Origin: Labrys okinawensis
Lineage (GTDB): Bacteria > Pseudomonadota > Alphaproteobacteria > Rhizobiales > Labraceae
NCBI RefSeq assembly: GCF_002982075.1
Contig: NZ_PUEJ01000012.1
Span: 150,563-174,562, forward strand
DNA: 24,000 nucleotides
Direction: 5' to 3'
The translations under genes and the position numbers were made by a program. This document shows, piece after piece, positions 1-8,986 of the stretch (positions are counted from its first letter, which is position 1; each line of letters begins with the position of its first letter). The notes beneath the pieces were generated by a model that did not search any database, was not told where the DNA came from, and saw only the letters and a list, made by a program, of their open reading frames with translations.

Positions 1-42
1 GAGCGGCTGCCTCGTTCCGGCCCCTATCTCGAGGAAAGCATC

Positions 43-498
43 ATGGGTGGAAGTGTTGCGACAGGATCCGGCGGCTCGGGCGGCGGGACGCGCCGCCGGC
101 GCCGTCACAAGGCGCCGATCGCCGATATCAACATGACGCCGTTCATCGACGTCATGCTGGTGCTGCTCATCATCTTCATGGTCGCCGCGCCGCTGTTGAC
201 CCAAGGCGTCGATATCGATCTGCCGCAGACTCAGGCGAAGGCCATCTCGGTGGACAAGCGCCCGATCACCGTCTCCATCAAGGCGGACGGCCAGTCCTAT
301 CTGAACGACAGCGACAAGCCGGAGCCCGATTTGCTCGGTCGCCTCAAGGCGATGACGGAGAATGGGGCAGGGGTCGAAGAACGCATCTTCGTCAAGGGAG
401 ACGGCAAGGCGAGCTGGGACCAGATTGCCAAGGTGATGAGTGACATCACCGGCGCCGGCTTCAAGAAGGCCGCGCTGGTAACCCAGCCGCAGAGCTAG
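43..498 (+). CDS. tolR: TolR, ExbD/TolR-family inner-membrane component of the Tol-Pal system
   Basis: 151-aa ORF. Gly/Arg-rich N-terminus followed by ADINMTPFIDVMLVLLIIFMVAAP, a single TM typical of ExbD/TolR. GAGGAA lies about 7 nt upstream of the ATG. Followed by tolA and tolB. Confidence 0.92.
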   Translation: MGGSVATGSGGSGGGTRRRRRHKAPIADINMTPFIDVMLVLLIIFMVAAPLLTQGVDIDLPQTQAKAISVDKRPITVSIKADGQSYLNDSDKPEPDLLGRLKAMTENGAGVEERIFVKGDGKASWDQIAKVMSDITGAGFKKAALVTQPQS

Positions 499-632
499 AA
501 CGGGAATGCTCGCATTTACCTCGTTTCGGCTGATGCGCGCGCTGACGGGCGGGCACGGGAACGGGGCAGCTTGGCGACGTCGCAGGGTATCGAACGGGCG
601 ATGACGTCGGGATTGGGGTTTGAAAGGCCGGT

Positions 633-2009
633 TTGAGTACGATGCGTGATTATGGACTTCCCGTTTCGGCGGCGGTGCATGCAATTTTGCTGGGAGCGTT
701 GTTGTTCGCGTTTCCGGCCGCCAAGCCGCTCGACTCGGCGCCGGACGTTCCGATGAATACAGTCACGCCTGAACAATATGCCGAGATTATGAAGGGCGAT
801 CCCAGCCCGTCGGCCAGCGGTGGCGGCGGACAGGACGCGCCGCAGCAGGTGCAGGCTCCGCCGACGCCGCCCACGCGTGATGTGCCGGATGCCGAAGTCG
901 CGGACAATGCCGACGACGCTCCGCCGCCCCCGCCGACACCCAAGCCCGATCCGAAACCTGACACGCAGGCCCTCGCCAAGCTGGCCGAGGCCGCTGCCGC
1001 GGCGGAAGCTGCTGCCAAGGCGCAGGAGCAGGCCAAGGCCGCTGCCGCAGCGAAGGCCGCGCAGGCCAAGGCGGACGCCGCCGCGAAGGCGGCCCAGGCC
1101 AGGGCTGCCGCCGATGCCGCTGCGAAGGCGCAGGCCGAGGCTCGTGCCGAGCTTGCCGCCAAGGCCGAGGCTGCGGCCAAGGAAGCGGCGGAGGCCGAGC
1201 GGCAGCAGAAGATCGCCGAGGCGGAGGCAAAGGCTAAAGCTGATGCCAAGGCCAAGGCGGTCGCGGACGCCAAGGCGAAGGCCGAGGCCGAAGCGAAAGC
1301 CAAGGCTGTTGCAGAGGCCAAGGCCAAGGCCGATGCGGAGGCCAAGGCGGTCGCGGATGCCAAGGCGAAGGCTGATGCCGAAGCGAAGACCAAGGCGATT
1401 GCCGAAGCCAAGGCGAAGGCTGACGCAGAGGCAAAAGCCAAGGCTGTTGCAGAGGCCAAGGCTAAGGCCGATGCCGAAGCAAAGGCGGTTGCTGACGCCA
1501 AGGCCAAGGCGGATGCTGCGAAGAAACAGCAGATGGCCGCGAATGCGAAGAAGTTCGATGATTTCGACTTCAGCAAAACGATCGGCAAGAACAAGCCGTC
1601 AGCCTCACCCGCAAGCACACCGGCAAAGCCTTCAGGTCGTGCCGGCAATACCCGTGATAATGTTGGTGAAACGGCTTCGACAGGCAGACCTGAGGCGACC
1701 GGGCGAAAGGCTACTCCCTCCGAGCAGATGGCCATGCAAGGCATGATCAACAGCCAGATCAAGGGGTGCCTCAATCTTCAGCTGGGCGTCGACGGCGATA
1801 CGCAGAAGGCGACTATCCGTCTTCATATGAACGAGGACGGAACCGTCGCTCAAAGCGAGGTGGTTAATGCGACCAGCGCCACGGTTTCCGGTGCCGTGAT
1901 GCGTGCCATCAAGCGCTGCATAACATCCGACAACCCGCTCAGGTTCAAGCGTGAGATCTACGCTTCCTGGAAGGTCTTCAACTACGAGGTGAGGCCGGGC
2001 AGCTTCTAA
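633..2009 (+). CDS. tolA: TolA, Tol-Pal system protein with an expanded Ala/Lys/Glu helical domain II
   Basis: 458-aa ORF with an N-terminal TM (LPVSAAVHAILLGALLFAF), a Pro-rich linker, a very long AKAEA-type helical region and a C-terminal TolA/TonB-like globular domain. It sits between tolR and tolB. The start is either TTG 633 or ATG 642; a TGA at 621 excludes anything further upstream. Confidence 0.88.
   Translation: MSTMRDYGLPVSAAVHAILLGALLFAFPAAKPLDSAPDVPMNTVTPEQYAEIMKGDPSPSASGGGGQDAPQQVQAPPTPPTRDVPDAEVADNADDAPPPPPTPKPDPKPDTQALAKLAEAAAAAEAAAKAQEQAKAAAAAKAAQAKADAAAKAAQARAAADAAAKAQAEARAELAAKAEAAAKEAAEAERQQKIAEAEAKAKADAKAKAVADAKAKAEAEAKAKAVAEAKAKADAEAKAVADAKAKADAEAKTKAIAEAKAKADAEAKAKAVAEAKAKADAEAKAVADAKAKADAAKKQQMAANAKKFDDFDFSKTIGKNKPSASPASTPAKPSGRAGNTRDNVGETASTGRPEATGRKATPSEQMAMQGMINSQIKGCLNLQLGVDGDTQKATIRLHMNEDGTVAQSEVVNATSATVSGAVMRAIKRCITSDNPLRFKREIYASWKVFNYEVRPGSF
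1216..1520 (+). repeat. In-frame degenerate tandem repeats inside tolA domain II (14-16-aa units such as AKAKAVAEAKAKADAE / AKAVADAKAKADAE)
   Basis: Reading the translation gives at least six consecutive 14-16-aa units. The DNA shows the corresponding gccaaggc[ng]aaggc[tc]ga[tc]gc periodicity. This region produces the long spurious ORFs on both strands. Confidence 0.8.
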
Positions 2010-2039
2010 GCAAGCGCAAGGCCTCCAAAAAGTCGAGAG

Positions 2040-3374
2040 ATGAGAATGTCCATCGCCTCCCTTATTCAGTCAAAGGTCCGCCTGGTTGCGACCGCACTGG
2101 CATTGGCCTTTGCCGGCGTCAGCGTGCCTGCGGCGGCGCAAGATAACATCATGACGTTGCATTTCGACGGCGGGGCCGGTGTAACCCCGGTCTCGGTTGC
2201 GATCATGCCGATGAGCGGCGGCGGGCGCGATCTTTCCGGCATCATCAGCAACGATCTCAGCCGCTCCGGCCTGTTCCAGCCGATCGATCCGAAGGCCTTT
2301 GTCGAGCAGGTCGGTCCCAATGCCACGCCGAATTTCGCAAGCTGGCAGACGCTGAACGCCCAGGTCGTAGTGGCGGGCCAAGTCGTGCCCACCGGCAACG
2401 GCCTCGGCATCCAGGTGCGAGTCTGGGATGTCGCCCAGGGCAAGCAGATCGCCGGCCAGCAATTCTCGACCTCGGCCAATAATTGGCGCCAGCTCGGCCA
2501 TCTCGCCGCCAATACTGCATTCAAGGCGGTGACGGGTGAGCCGGGCGCTTTCGACACGCGTATCGCCTTCATTTCGGAGTCCGGCCCCAAGGACAAGCGC
2601 GTCAAGCGCCTGGCCGTGATGGACCAGGACGGTGCTAACACCGTCTATCTCAGCCGCGGCACCGACCTCGTTCTGACGCCGCGTTTCTCGCCGACCAACC
2701 AAGAGTTGACCTATCTGTCGTTCGGCGATGCTGATCCGCGCGTCTTCCTGGCCAATGTCCAGACCGGCCAGCGCGGCGTAGTCGGCAACTTCCCGGGCAT
2801 GACCTTCTCGCCGCGCTTCTCGCCGGACGGGCGCAAGGTGATCATGAGCTATGAAAAGAACGGCTCTTCGACCATCCAGGTCCTGAACCTGCAGTCGAAG
2901 CAGGCGACCCAGCTCACCAATGGCAGCGCCATCGACACCTCGCCTTCCTATTCGCCGGACGGCAGCCGCATTGTGTTTGAATCCGATCGCGGCGGCACCC
3001 AGCAAATCTACATCATGAACGCTGACGGCTCGAACCAGCAGCGTATTTCCAGTGGCGAGGGCGGTGCCCGCTATTCCACGCCGGTCTGGTCGCCCCGCTC
3101 CGACCTGATCGCCTTCACTCGCCAGAAGGGTGGCCAGTTCGGCATCGGCATCATGAAGCCGGACGGTTCGGGCGAGCGCATGATCACCGAGGGCTTCCAC
3201 AATGAAGGCCCGACCTGGGCGCCGAACGGCCTTTATCTGATGTGGTTCCGCGACCTCGGCCAGGGGCCGCAGCTCTGGCAGGCCTCGATCTTCGGCACGC
3301 CCGAGCAGCGCGTACCGACGCAGGGCTTTGCCTCCGATCCGGCCTGGTCCACCAATCTGTTCAAGCAGAACTGA
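2040..3374 (+). CDS. tolB: TolB, periplasmic beta-propeller protein of the Tol-Pal system
   Basis: 444-aa ORF with a signal peptide ending in VPAAAQ. Repeated PRFSPDG / PSYSPDG / PVWSPRS propeller motifs. Located immediately after tolA. Confidence 0.95.
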   Translation: MRMSIASLIQSKVRLVATALALAFAGVSVPAAAQDNIMTLHFDGGAGVTPVSVAIMPMSGGGRDLSGIISNDLSRSGLFQPIDPKAFVEQVGPNATPNFASWQTLNAQVVVAGQVVPTGNGLGIQVRVWDVAQGKQIAGQQFSTSANNWRQLGHLAANTAFKAVTGEPGAFDTRIAFISESGPKDKRVKRLAVMDQDGANTVYLSRGTDLVLTPRFSPTNQELTYLSFGDADPRVFLANVQTGQRGVVGNFPGMTFSPRFSPDGRKVIMSYEKNGSSTIQVLNLQSKQATQLTNGSAIDTSPSYSPDGSRIVFESDRGGTQQIYIMNADGSNQQRISSGEGGARYSTPVWSPRSDLIAFTRQKGGQFGIGIMKPDGSGERMITEGFHNEGPTWAPNGLYLMWFRDLGQGPQLWQASIFGTPEQRVPTQGFASDPAWSTNLFKQN

Positions 3375-3387
3375 CGCAAGAAGCGAG

Positions 3388-3475
3388 TTTCGGGTGCACG
3401 GGCATCTTGCCCGTTCTCGGAAACTCTATGCTTGCAGGAAGAGAAGAACGGGCAAGATGCCCGTGCACCCCGAAA
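3388..3475. repeat. Compound palindrome: 30-bp arms with a 27-nt spacer, each arm itself containing a 7-bp hairpin
   Basis: The sequence at 3388-3417 (tttcgggtgcacgggcatcttgcccgttct) is the reverse complement of 3445-3475, apart from one extra c in the right arm. Each arm contains acgggca-tct-tgcccgt. Confidence 0.85.
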
Positions 3476-3480
3476 AATCA

Positions 3481-3519
3481 CCCCTCTCCGGTTTCAACGC
3501 CGGGGAGGGGTTTTTATTT
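3481..3519. terminator. Bidirectional Rho-independent terminator shared by tolB (+) and the yfeH-like gene (-)
   Basis: cccctctccgg-tttcaacg-ccggggagggg forms an 11-bp stem with one G-U. It is followed by tttttattt on the plus strand and by tgattttt on the minus strand. The T-run overlaps the minus-strand TAA stop at 3514-3516. Confidence 0.75.
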
Positions 3520-4572
3520 GGCCCGCGATGACGCTTCTTGTGTGCGAGGCGCCGTTTCGGGCCAATCCTCGGTCGGGTCTTCTTCCTGGCTCGCCGCGAG
3601 GGCCTTCAGGCGCCGGGCATAGCGTTGAGCCAGGATGGCGCAGGTCATCAGCTGGATCTGGTGGAACAGCATCAGCGGCAGCACGATGGCGCCGATGTTC
3701 TGGCCGGCGAAGATAACGGTTGCCATCGGCACGCCGGTGGCGAGGCTCTTCTTGGAGCCGCAGAACACGATGGTGATCTCGTCCTCCTTGGAGAAGCCGA
3801 GACGGCGGCTGCCATAGGTGGTGATCAGGAGCACCAGGGCGAGCAGGGCGGCATCGACGAACACCATGGTGAGCAGGGCCGTGGCCGAGAATTGCCGCCA
3901 CAGTCCACCCGTCACGGCATCGGAAAAGGCCAGATACACCACCATCAGGATCGAGCCGCGGTCGACGAAGCTCAGCACGAAGCGATGCCTGCGTACGAAG
4001 CCACCGATCCAGGGCTGCAGCACTTGGCCGAGTACGAAGGGCAGCAGGAGCTGGGTGACGATGGTGATCAGCACCGAGCCGGAAAAGCCCACGCCGCGCG
4101 AGGCGAAAAGCAGGCCCGCCAGCAGCGGTGTGATGAAGATGCCGAGAATGTTGGAGCCCGATGCCGCGCAGACGGCGGCTGGGACATTGCCGCCCGCTAT
4201 CGAGGTGAAGGCGATCGAGGACTGTACCGTCGAGGGCAGGATGGCGAGGAAGAGAATGCCGCTGGCGAGCGTCGGCGTCAGCAGCGACACCAGGCCGTAA
4301 TCGAGCGCGAGCGCCAGCACCGGGAAGAGGGCGTAGGTCGCCAGCAGGATGGTGAGGTGCAAACGCCAGTGTGAAAGGCCCGCAATCACCGTGTCGCGCG
4401 ACAGCCTGGCGCCGTGCAGGAAAAAAAGCAGGGCGATCGCACCATTGGCCAGGGCTGCGAATATCTCGGCCGGCCGCCCCGCAACGGGCAGGAAGCTCGC
4501 CAACGCCACGACACCCAGGAGCATCAGCATGAAATTGTCGGGGCGGAAGCGCGAGAGCAAGTTGATGATCAC
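3514..4572 (-). CDS. yfeH: Bile acid:Na+ symporter (BASS) family membrane transporter, YfeH-like
   Basis: 352-aa polytopic ORF. The N-terminal region (AIALLFFLHGARLSRDTVIAGLSHWRLHL) closely resembles what I recall of E. coli YfeH (AIALLFFMHGAKLSRE...GHWRLHL). Substrate unknown. Confidence 0.8.
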   Translation of the reverse strand: MIINLLSRFRPDNFMLMLLGVVALASFLPVAGRPAEIFAALANGAIALLFFLHGARLSRDTVIAGLSHWRLHLTILLATYALFPVLALALDYGLVSLLTPTLASGILFLAILPSTVQSSIAFTSIAGGNVPAAVCAASGSNILGIFITPLLAGLLFASRGVGFSGSVLITIVTQLLLPFVLGQVLQPWIGGFVRRHRFVLSFVDRGSILMVVYLAFSDAVTGGLWRQFSATALLTMVFVDAALLALVLLITTYGSRRLGFSKEDEITIVFCGSKKSLATGVPMATVIFAGQNIGAIVLPLMLFHQIQLMTCAILAQRYARRLKALAASQEEDPTEDWPETAPRTQEASSRAK

Positions 4573-4762
4573 CTGACCGGGACAAACGGTATTGCCGCAA
4601 CGGGCGGCGGCGAGACGGCACCCTTGGAATGCTAGCCAGCGTTAACCCATCCTTGCGAGGGGCGGAAGCCTCACCCGCGGCGTCGTGGGCCTGCGCAGAC
4701 CTGCTATGCACGCGCAGTGGGGCGGGAGCCGCAGAGGCGGCCGGCCCGCACGACTACTGGGC

Positions 4763-5875
4763 TCAGGCGCGCTGGAAGGCGCTCGGCCGGACCACCACCG
4801 GCTCCGTCGCCGCGCCGCGGAAATAACGGGCTTCGCCATTGCCGGCGAAAACGGCGGCGTTGAGCAGTTTGAGGCCGACCGGCTTGTTGTTCTCGCTGCT
4901 GCGCAGACTTGGCGTATCGACCTCCACTACCGTGCCTTGCGTGCCCAAGGCGACTTCCAGGCGGCGAGTGGCGCCGACACGGCGCTGCGCCACGATCAGC
5001 CCATTGAGAGACGAGGCGCCCGGCTCCACTGGTGTGACGTCGTGCGGGCGCACGAACAGGCTGGCCGGCCCGTCCGGCAGGCCGTCGGCATTGAAGGGCA
5101 GGGCCGTGCCGTCGAGCAGGATGCGTCCCTGCGAGATCGCCACCGGCACGCGGCTGGACTCGCCGATGAAGCCGAAGATGAAGGGTGTGGCCGGATGGTC
5201 ATAGATCTCGTCGGGCACGCCGAGCTGGTCGATACGGCCCTTTTCGAGCACGGCGATGCGGTCCGACAGTTCGAGCGCCTCGTCCTGGTCGTGGGTGACG
5301 AAGATGGTGGTGTGGCCGGTCTTGTCGTGAATGGTGCGCAGCCAGCTGCGCAGATCCTTGCGGACCTTGGCATCGAGGGCGCCGAACGGTTCGTCCAGCA
5401 ACAGCACCTTGGGTTCGACGGCAAGGGCGCGGGCGAGGGCGACACGCTGGCGCTGGCCGCCGGAAAGCTGGGAGGGGTAACGCTGGCCGAAGGCGCCCAG
5501 CTGCACGAGATCGAGCAGCTCGGCCACGCGCCTGACGATCTCGGCTTCGGCCGGCCTTTTGGCGCGCGGACGAACCCTCAGGCCGTAGGCGACATTGTCG
5601 GCCACCGTCATGTGGCGGAACAGCGCGTAATGCTGGAACACGAAGCCGACCCGGCGCTCCTGCACCGTCAGGCCGGCCGTGTCGTCGGCGCCGAAAAAGA
5701 CGGTGCCGGTGGTGGGGCGCTCGAGCCCGGCGATGATGCGCAGCAGCGTGGTCTTGCCCGATCCGGAAGGACCGAGCAAGCCGAGAAGCTCGCCCGACTT
5801 GATCTCGAGATCGATGCCGTGCAGGGCCGGCGAGACGCCGTAGCTCTTGGTCAGGCCCGTAACGCGGATGTCCAT
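4763..5875 (-). CDS. cysA: Sulfate/thiosulfate ABC transporter ATP-binding protein CysA
   Basis: 370-aa ORF with Walker A (GPSGSGKTT), the signature LSGGQRQRVALARAL, Walker B (LLLDEPFGALD) and a C-terminal TOBE-like extension. Downstream of cysT-cysW. Confidence 0.93.
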   Translation of the reverse strand: MDIRVTGLTKSYGVSPALHGIDLEIKSGELLGLLGPSGSGKTTLLRIIAGLERPTTGTVFFGADDTAGLTVQERRVGFVFQHYALFRHMTVADNVAYGLRVRPRAKRPAEAEIVRRVAELLDLVQLGAFGQRYPSQLSGGQRQRVALARALAVEPKVLLLDEPFGALDAKVRKDLRSWLRTIHDKTGHTTIFVTHDQDEALELSDRIAVLEKGRIDQLGVPDEIYDHPATPFIFGFIGESSRVPVAISQGRILLDGTALPFNADGLPDGPASLFVRPHDVTPVEPGASSLNGLIVAQRRVGATRRLEVALGTQGTVVEVDTPSLRSSENNKPVGLKLLNAAVFAGNGEARYFRGAATEPVVVRPSAFQRA

Positions 5876-5950
5876 GATCTGGTCCTTGCTAAAGCATCTT
5901 CTGGAAAACTGGCAGGCTTTTCGGTTCAGAAGGTGCGTCGAAACAACGAA

Positions 5951-6856
5951 TTAGTGTTTGGCGCCGTGAGCGAGTTCGTCACCATAGCGCCATTCGAGCA
6001 GCGTCTTGGCCACGAGGGTCACCAATGCGAGCATTGCCAGCAGAGAGGCGACGGCGAAGGCGGCGATCGCGGCCGAGCCTCCGCCTTCATAGAGAATCTG
6101 GATATGCAGCGGCATGGTGTTGGTGCCGCCGATGACGTGGCCCGACACCACCGAGACTGCGCCGAACTCGCCCATGGCCCTGGCATTGCACAGGAGCACG
6201 CCATAGAGCAGGCCCCAGCGGATGTTGGGCACGGTCACGGTCCAGAACATTTTCAGCGGCGAGGCGCCCAGCGTCAGCGCCGCCTCCTCGTCCGCCTTGC
6301 CCTGGGCCTGCATCAGCGGAATGAGCTCGCGGGCCACGAAGGGGAAGGTCACGAAGATAGTGGCGAGCACGATACCGGGCAGGGCGAAGATGATCTGGAT
6401 GCGATGGGCCGATAGCCAGGGGCCGAGTAGGCCCTGTGCGCCAAACAGCAGTACGAAGACGAGGCCCGCCACCACGGGAGAGACCGAGAAGGGCAGGTCG
6501 ATCAGGGTGATGAGCAGGCTCTTGCCCTTGAAGTCGAACTTGGCCACGGCCCAGGCCGCGATCACGCCGAAGACGATGTTGAGCGGCACGGCGATCAGGG
6601 CGACGATCAGGGTCATCCAGACGGCGGTGCGGGTATCCGGGTCTTCGAAGGACTCGAAATAGGCGGCAGCCCCGCTACGGAATGCTTGGTAGAACACCTC
6701 GATCAGCGGCAGCACCAGGAAGGCCGCGAGAAAGACGAGGGCGATGCCGATCAGGACGCGGCGAACCCAGGACGTCTCGGTGGTGACCGCGTGTTCACGG
6801 CTGACGGGCGGTTCGCGATAGAGCTCGATCGCCAGTTCGGAGGTTGAATTAGGCAT
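5951..6856 (-). CDS. cysW: Sulfate ABC transporter permease CysW
   Basis: 301-aa polytopic ORF of the binding-protein-dependent permease type (EAA-like loop ...[21 protein letters not shown]). Its start overlaps the cysT stop by 8 nt. Confidence 0.9.
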   Translation of the reverse strand: MPNSTSELAIELYREPPVSREHAVTTETSWVRRVLIGIALVFLAAFLVLPLIEVFYQAFRSGAAAYFESFEDPDTRTAVWMTLIVALIAVPLNIVFGVIAAWAVAKFDFKGKSLLITLIDLPFSVSPVVAGLVFVLLFGAQGLLGPWLSAHRIQIIFALPGIVLATIFVTFPFVARELIPLMQAQGKADEEAALTLGASPLKMFWTVTVPNIRWGLLYGVLLCNARAMGEFGAVSVVSGHVIGGTNTMPLHIQILYEGGGSAAIAAFAVASLLAMLALVTLVAKTLLEWRYGDELAHGAKH

Positions 6857-7703
6857 CGCCCATCCTCCTGCGGCTCCAGGCCTGGATCAGGTTGATCGCC
6901 AGCAGCATGGCGAAGGATATCGCCAGCATGATGATGGCGATGGCGGCGGCATCGGCATATTTGTTCTGCTCGAGCTTCTGGAAGATCAGGCTCGGCACGA
7001 TTTCCGAGACATAGGGAATATTGCCCGCGATGAAGATCACCGAGCCGTATTCGCCGACGGCACGGGCGAAAGCGAGGGCAAAGCCGGTCAGCACGGCAGG
7101 CAGCAGCGGGGGCAGCAGCACGCGCGTCACCGTCTGGAAGCGCGTGGCGCCGAGCGTGGCGGAGGCTTCCTCGATTTCCTTGTCGATCTCGGCCAGCACC
7201 GGCTGGAGCGTACGCACCACGAAGGGTAGGCCGATGAAGACCAAGGCGACGAAGATGCCCTTGGTGGTGAAGGCGACCTTGATGCCGGCAAGGGCGAAGA
7301 ACTGGCCGATCCAGCCATTGGAGGCATAAAGGCTCGACAAGGCCAGGCCCGCCACGGCCGTCGGCAGGGCGAAAGGCAGGTCCACGGCGGCGTCGACCAG
7401 GCGCTTCCCCGGGAAGTCGTAGCGCACGAGCACCCAGGCGACGATGACGCCGAAGACGACATTGACCAGGGCGGCGATCAGGGAAATGCCGAAGGTGACC
7501 CTCAGCGCCGCGGCAACCTGCCCCTCGGCCGCAATGGCCAGGATGCCGGAGGGGCCGAGCACAGCCGCCTTCTGCAGCAGAGCGGCCAGCGGGATCAACA
7601 CGATCAGGCTGAGATAGAAGATCGTATAGCCGAGCGTCAGGCCGAAGCCCGGCAGGGCACTCGGCTTGACGAAAGGGGCGCGAAGGGTGGCGGCAAGAGC
7701 CAT
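6849..7703 (-). CDS. cysT: Sulfate ABC transporter permease CysT
   Basis: 284-aa polytopic ORF ([21 protein letters not shown] loop). AGGAA lies 6 nt upstream of the ATG. It precedes cysW and cysA. Confidence 0.9.
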   Translation of the reverse strand: MALAATLRAPFVKPSALPGFGLTLGYTIFYLSLIVLIPLAALLQKAAVLGPSGILAIAAEGQVAAALRVTFGISLIAALVNVVFGVIVAWVLVRYDFPGKRLVDAAVDLPFALPTAVAGLALSSLYASNGWIGQFFALAGIKVAFTTKGIFVALVFIGLPFVVRTLQPVLAEIDKEIEEASATLGATRFQTVTRVLLPPLLPAVLTGFALAFARAVGEYGSVIFIAGNIPYVSEIVPSLIFQKLEQNKYADAAAIAIIMLAISFAMLLAINLIQAWSRRRMGDA

Positions 7704-7722
7704 GGGCGGTTCCTGGGTGGAA

Positions 7723-7856
7723 TGTCATCCCGTGCGCGATGCAGCATGAGATGCTGCGTCGCAGACACGGGACCGTAAAACGAGAAAGGCGCTCTATTCG
7801 GAGCTCGGTCCCGGCTCTGCAAAGCGCCACTGCGTGCCGCATCGCGTCCGGGATGA
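7723..7856. repeat. Nested inverted-repeat (REP-like) element occupying most of the binding-protein/cysT intercistronic spacer
   Basis: The outer arms 7723-7741 and 7838-7856 match at 17/19. The inner hairpin 7740-7756 (gcagcat-gag-atgctgc) is perfect. A second inner pair, 7760-7774 and 7805-7819, matches at 13/15. Confidence 0.8.
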
Positions 7857-7863
7857 CGTGCCT

Positions 7864-8913
7864 TCACCCCTTCGGCTTGTAGATCTGGTCGAAAATGCCG
7901 CCATCGGCAAAATGCTTGGCCTGGACCTTGGCCCAGCCGCCGAACTGCGGGTCGGAAATGGTGAACAGCTTCAGCTTGGCGAAACGGGCGAGGTCGGCCG
8001 GATCGGCGGCTGACTCGTCGCTGGCGCGATAGCCGTTATGGGCGATGATCTTCTGGGCAGCCGGGGTGTAGAGGAAGTTGAGATAGGCCTCGGCCTGCTT
8101 GCGGGTGCCCTTGGCATCCACATTGGCGTCGACGATGCTTACCGGCGGCTCGGCCAGGATCGAGATCGAGGGTACCACCACCTCGAGCTTGTCCTCGCCG
8201 AATTCCTTCAGCGTCAGGAAGGCCTCGTTCTCCCAGGCGATCATCACATCGCCGACCTCGCGTTGCGCGAAGGTGATGGTGGCGCCGCGGGCGGCACTGT
8301 CGAGCACCAGCACATTGCGATAGAGGGCCGCCACGAATTCGCGCGTCCTGTCCTCGTCTCCACCCGTCTTGTCCCACGCATAGCCCCAGGCGGCCAGATA
8401 GTTCCAGCGCGTGCCGCCGCCGGTCTTGGGATTGCCGGTGATCACGGCAACGTCGGGGCGCACGAGGTCGCCCCAGTCCTTGATGCCCTTGGGATTGCCC
8501 TTGCGTACCACGAAGACAATGGTGGAGGCATAGGGCGTGGAATTGCGCGGCAGGCGGGCCTGCCAGTTCTCCGGGATCTTCTTGGTCGCCTTGGCGATAG
8601 AGTCGATGTCATTGGACAAGGCCAGCGTCACCACATCGGCGTCGAGCCCATCGATGACGGCGCGCGCCTGCTTGCCGGAGCCGGCATGGGACTGCTTGAT
8701 GGTGAGGTCCTCGCCCGTCTTGGTCTTCCAATCCGCTGCGAACGCCTTGTTGATTTCCTTGTAGAGCTCGCGCGTGGCGTCATAGGAGACGTTGAGCAAC
8801 TCGGCGGCATGGCCGCGCGTGGGCGCGCCGAAGGTCATCCACAGCACGAAGCCGAGGGCCAGCAGCACGGCGAGGGTGTCGCGAAGGCGGGTGAGGCTGG
8901 TCATGCCGTTCAT
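7864..8913 (-). CDS. cysP: Periplasmic sulfate/thiosulfate-binding protein, operon-proximal paralog
   Basis: 349-aa ORF with a signal peptide and Sbp/CysP-family sequence (LLNVSYD..TRELY...[15 protein letters not shown]...). Directly upstream of cysTWA. Assigning it as CysP versus Sbp rests only on position. Confidence 0.9.
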   Translation of the reverse strand: MNGMTSLTRLRDTLAVLLALGFVLWMTFGAPTRGHAAELLNVSYDATRELYKEINKAFAADWKTKTGEDLTIKQSHAGSGKQARAVIDGLDADVVTLALSNDIDSIAKATKKIPENWQARLPRNSTPYASTIVFVVRKGNPKGIKDWGDLVRPDVAVITGNPKTGGGTRWNYLAAWGYAWDKTGGDEDRTREFVAALYRNVLVLDSAARGATITFAQREVGDVMIAWENEAFLTLKEFGEDKLEVVVPSISILAEPPVSIVDANVDAKGTRKQAEAYLNFLYTPAAQKIIAHNGYRASDESAADPADLARFAKLKLFTISDPQFGGWAKVQAKHFADGGIFDQIYKPKG

Positions 8914-8957
8914 TTCACAACCTGGAAGCGGGAAAGGAGAATTTACAACTTCTTCAT

Positions 8958-8986
8958 ATATCCACTAAATCAATCGACATTGTCAA
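8958..8986 (-). promoter_or_regulatory. Candidate sigma70-type promoter of the cysP-cysTWA operon
   Basis: On the minus strand: TTGACA (8986-8981), a 17-nt spacer and GGATAT (8963-8958), about 45 nt upstream of the ATG. It sits in an AT-rich island. The same -35 hexamer and spacer sequence recur upstream of the paralog. Confidence 0.4.

Noticed and set aside
1-42. Possible 3' end of tolQ at the left edge
   Set aside because: No frame reaches a stop codon before the tolR ATG at 43, so no tolQ 3' end can be placed here: frame 1 runs straight into tolR, frame 2 stops only at about 131, and frame 3 stays open well beyond 43. The tolQ stop therefore probably lies upstream of the window, and nothing can be annotated from 42 nt.
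506-604. 32-aa ORF (MLAFTSFRLMRALTGGHGNG...) in the 134-bp tolR-tolA spacer
   Set aside because: It has only a weak purine tract upstream, no recognisable features, and is too short to evaluate by composition. It is not reported as a feature. The unusually long tolR-tolA spacer is otherwise unexplained.
1216-1520. Regular short repeats that might superficially suggest a CRISPR-like array
   Set aside because: The units are degenerate, contiguous with no unique spacers, in frame within tolA, and encode the AKAKADAE helix. This is not a repeat-spacer architecture.
650-1774. 374-aa (-), 308-aa (+), 147-aa (-) and 66-aa (-) ORFs overlapping tolA
   Set aside because: They are produced by the GCN/AAG-periodic tolA repeat tract. 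Their translations are poly-Ala/Ser or poly-Arg/Pro. The tolA frame has the proper TM, linker, helical and C-terminal domain architecture.
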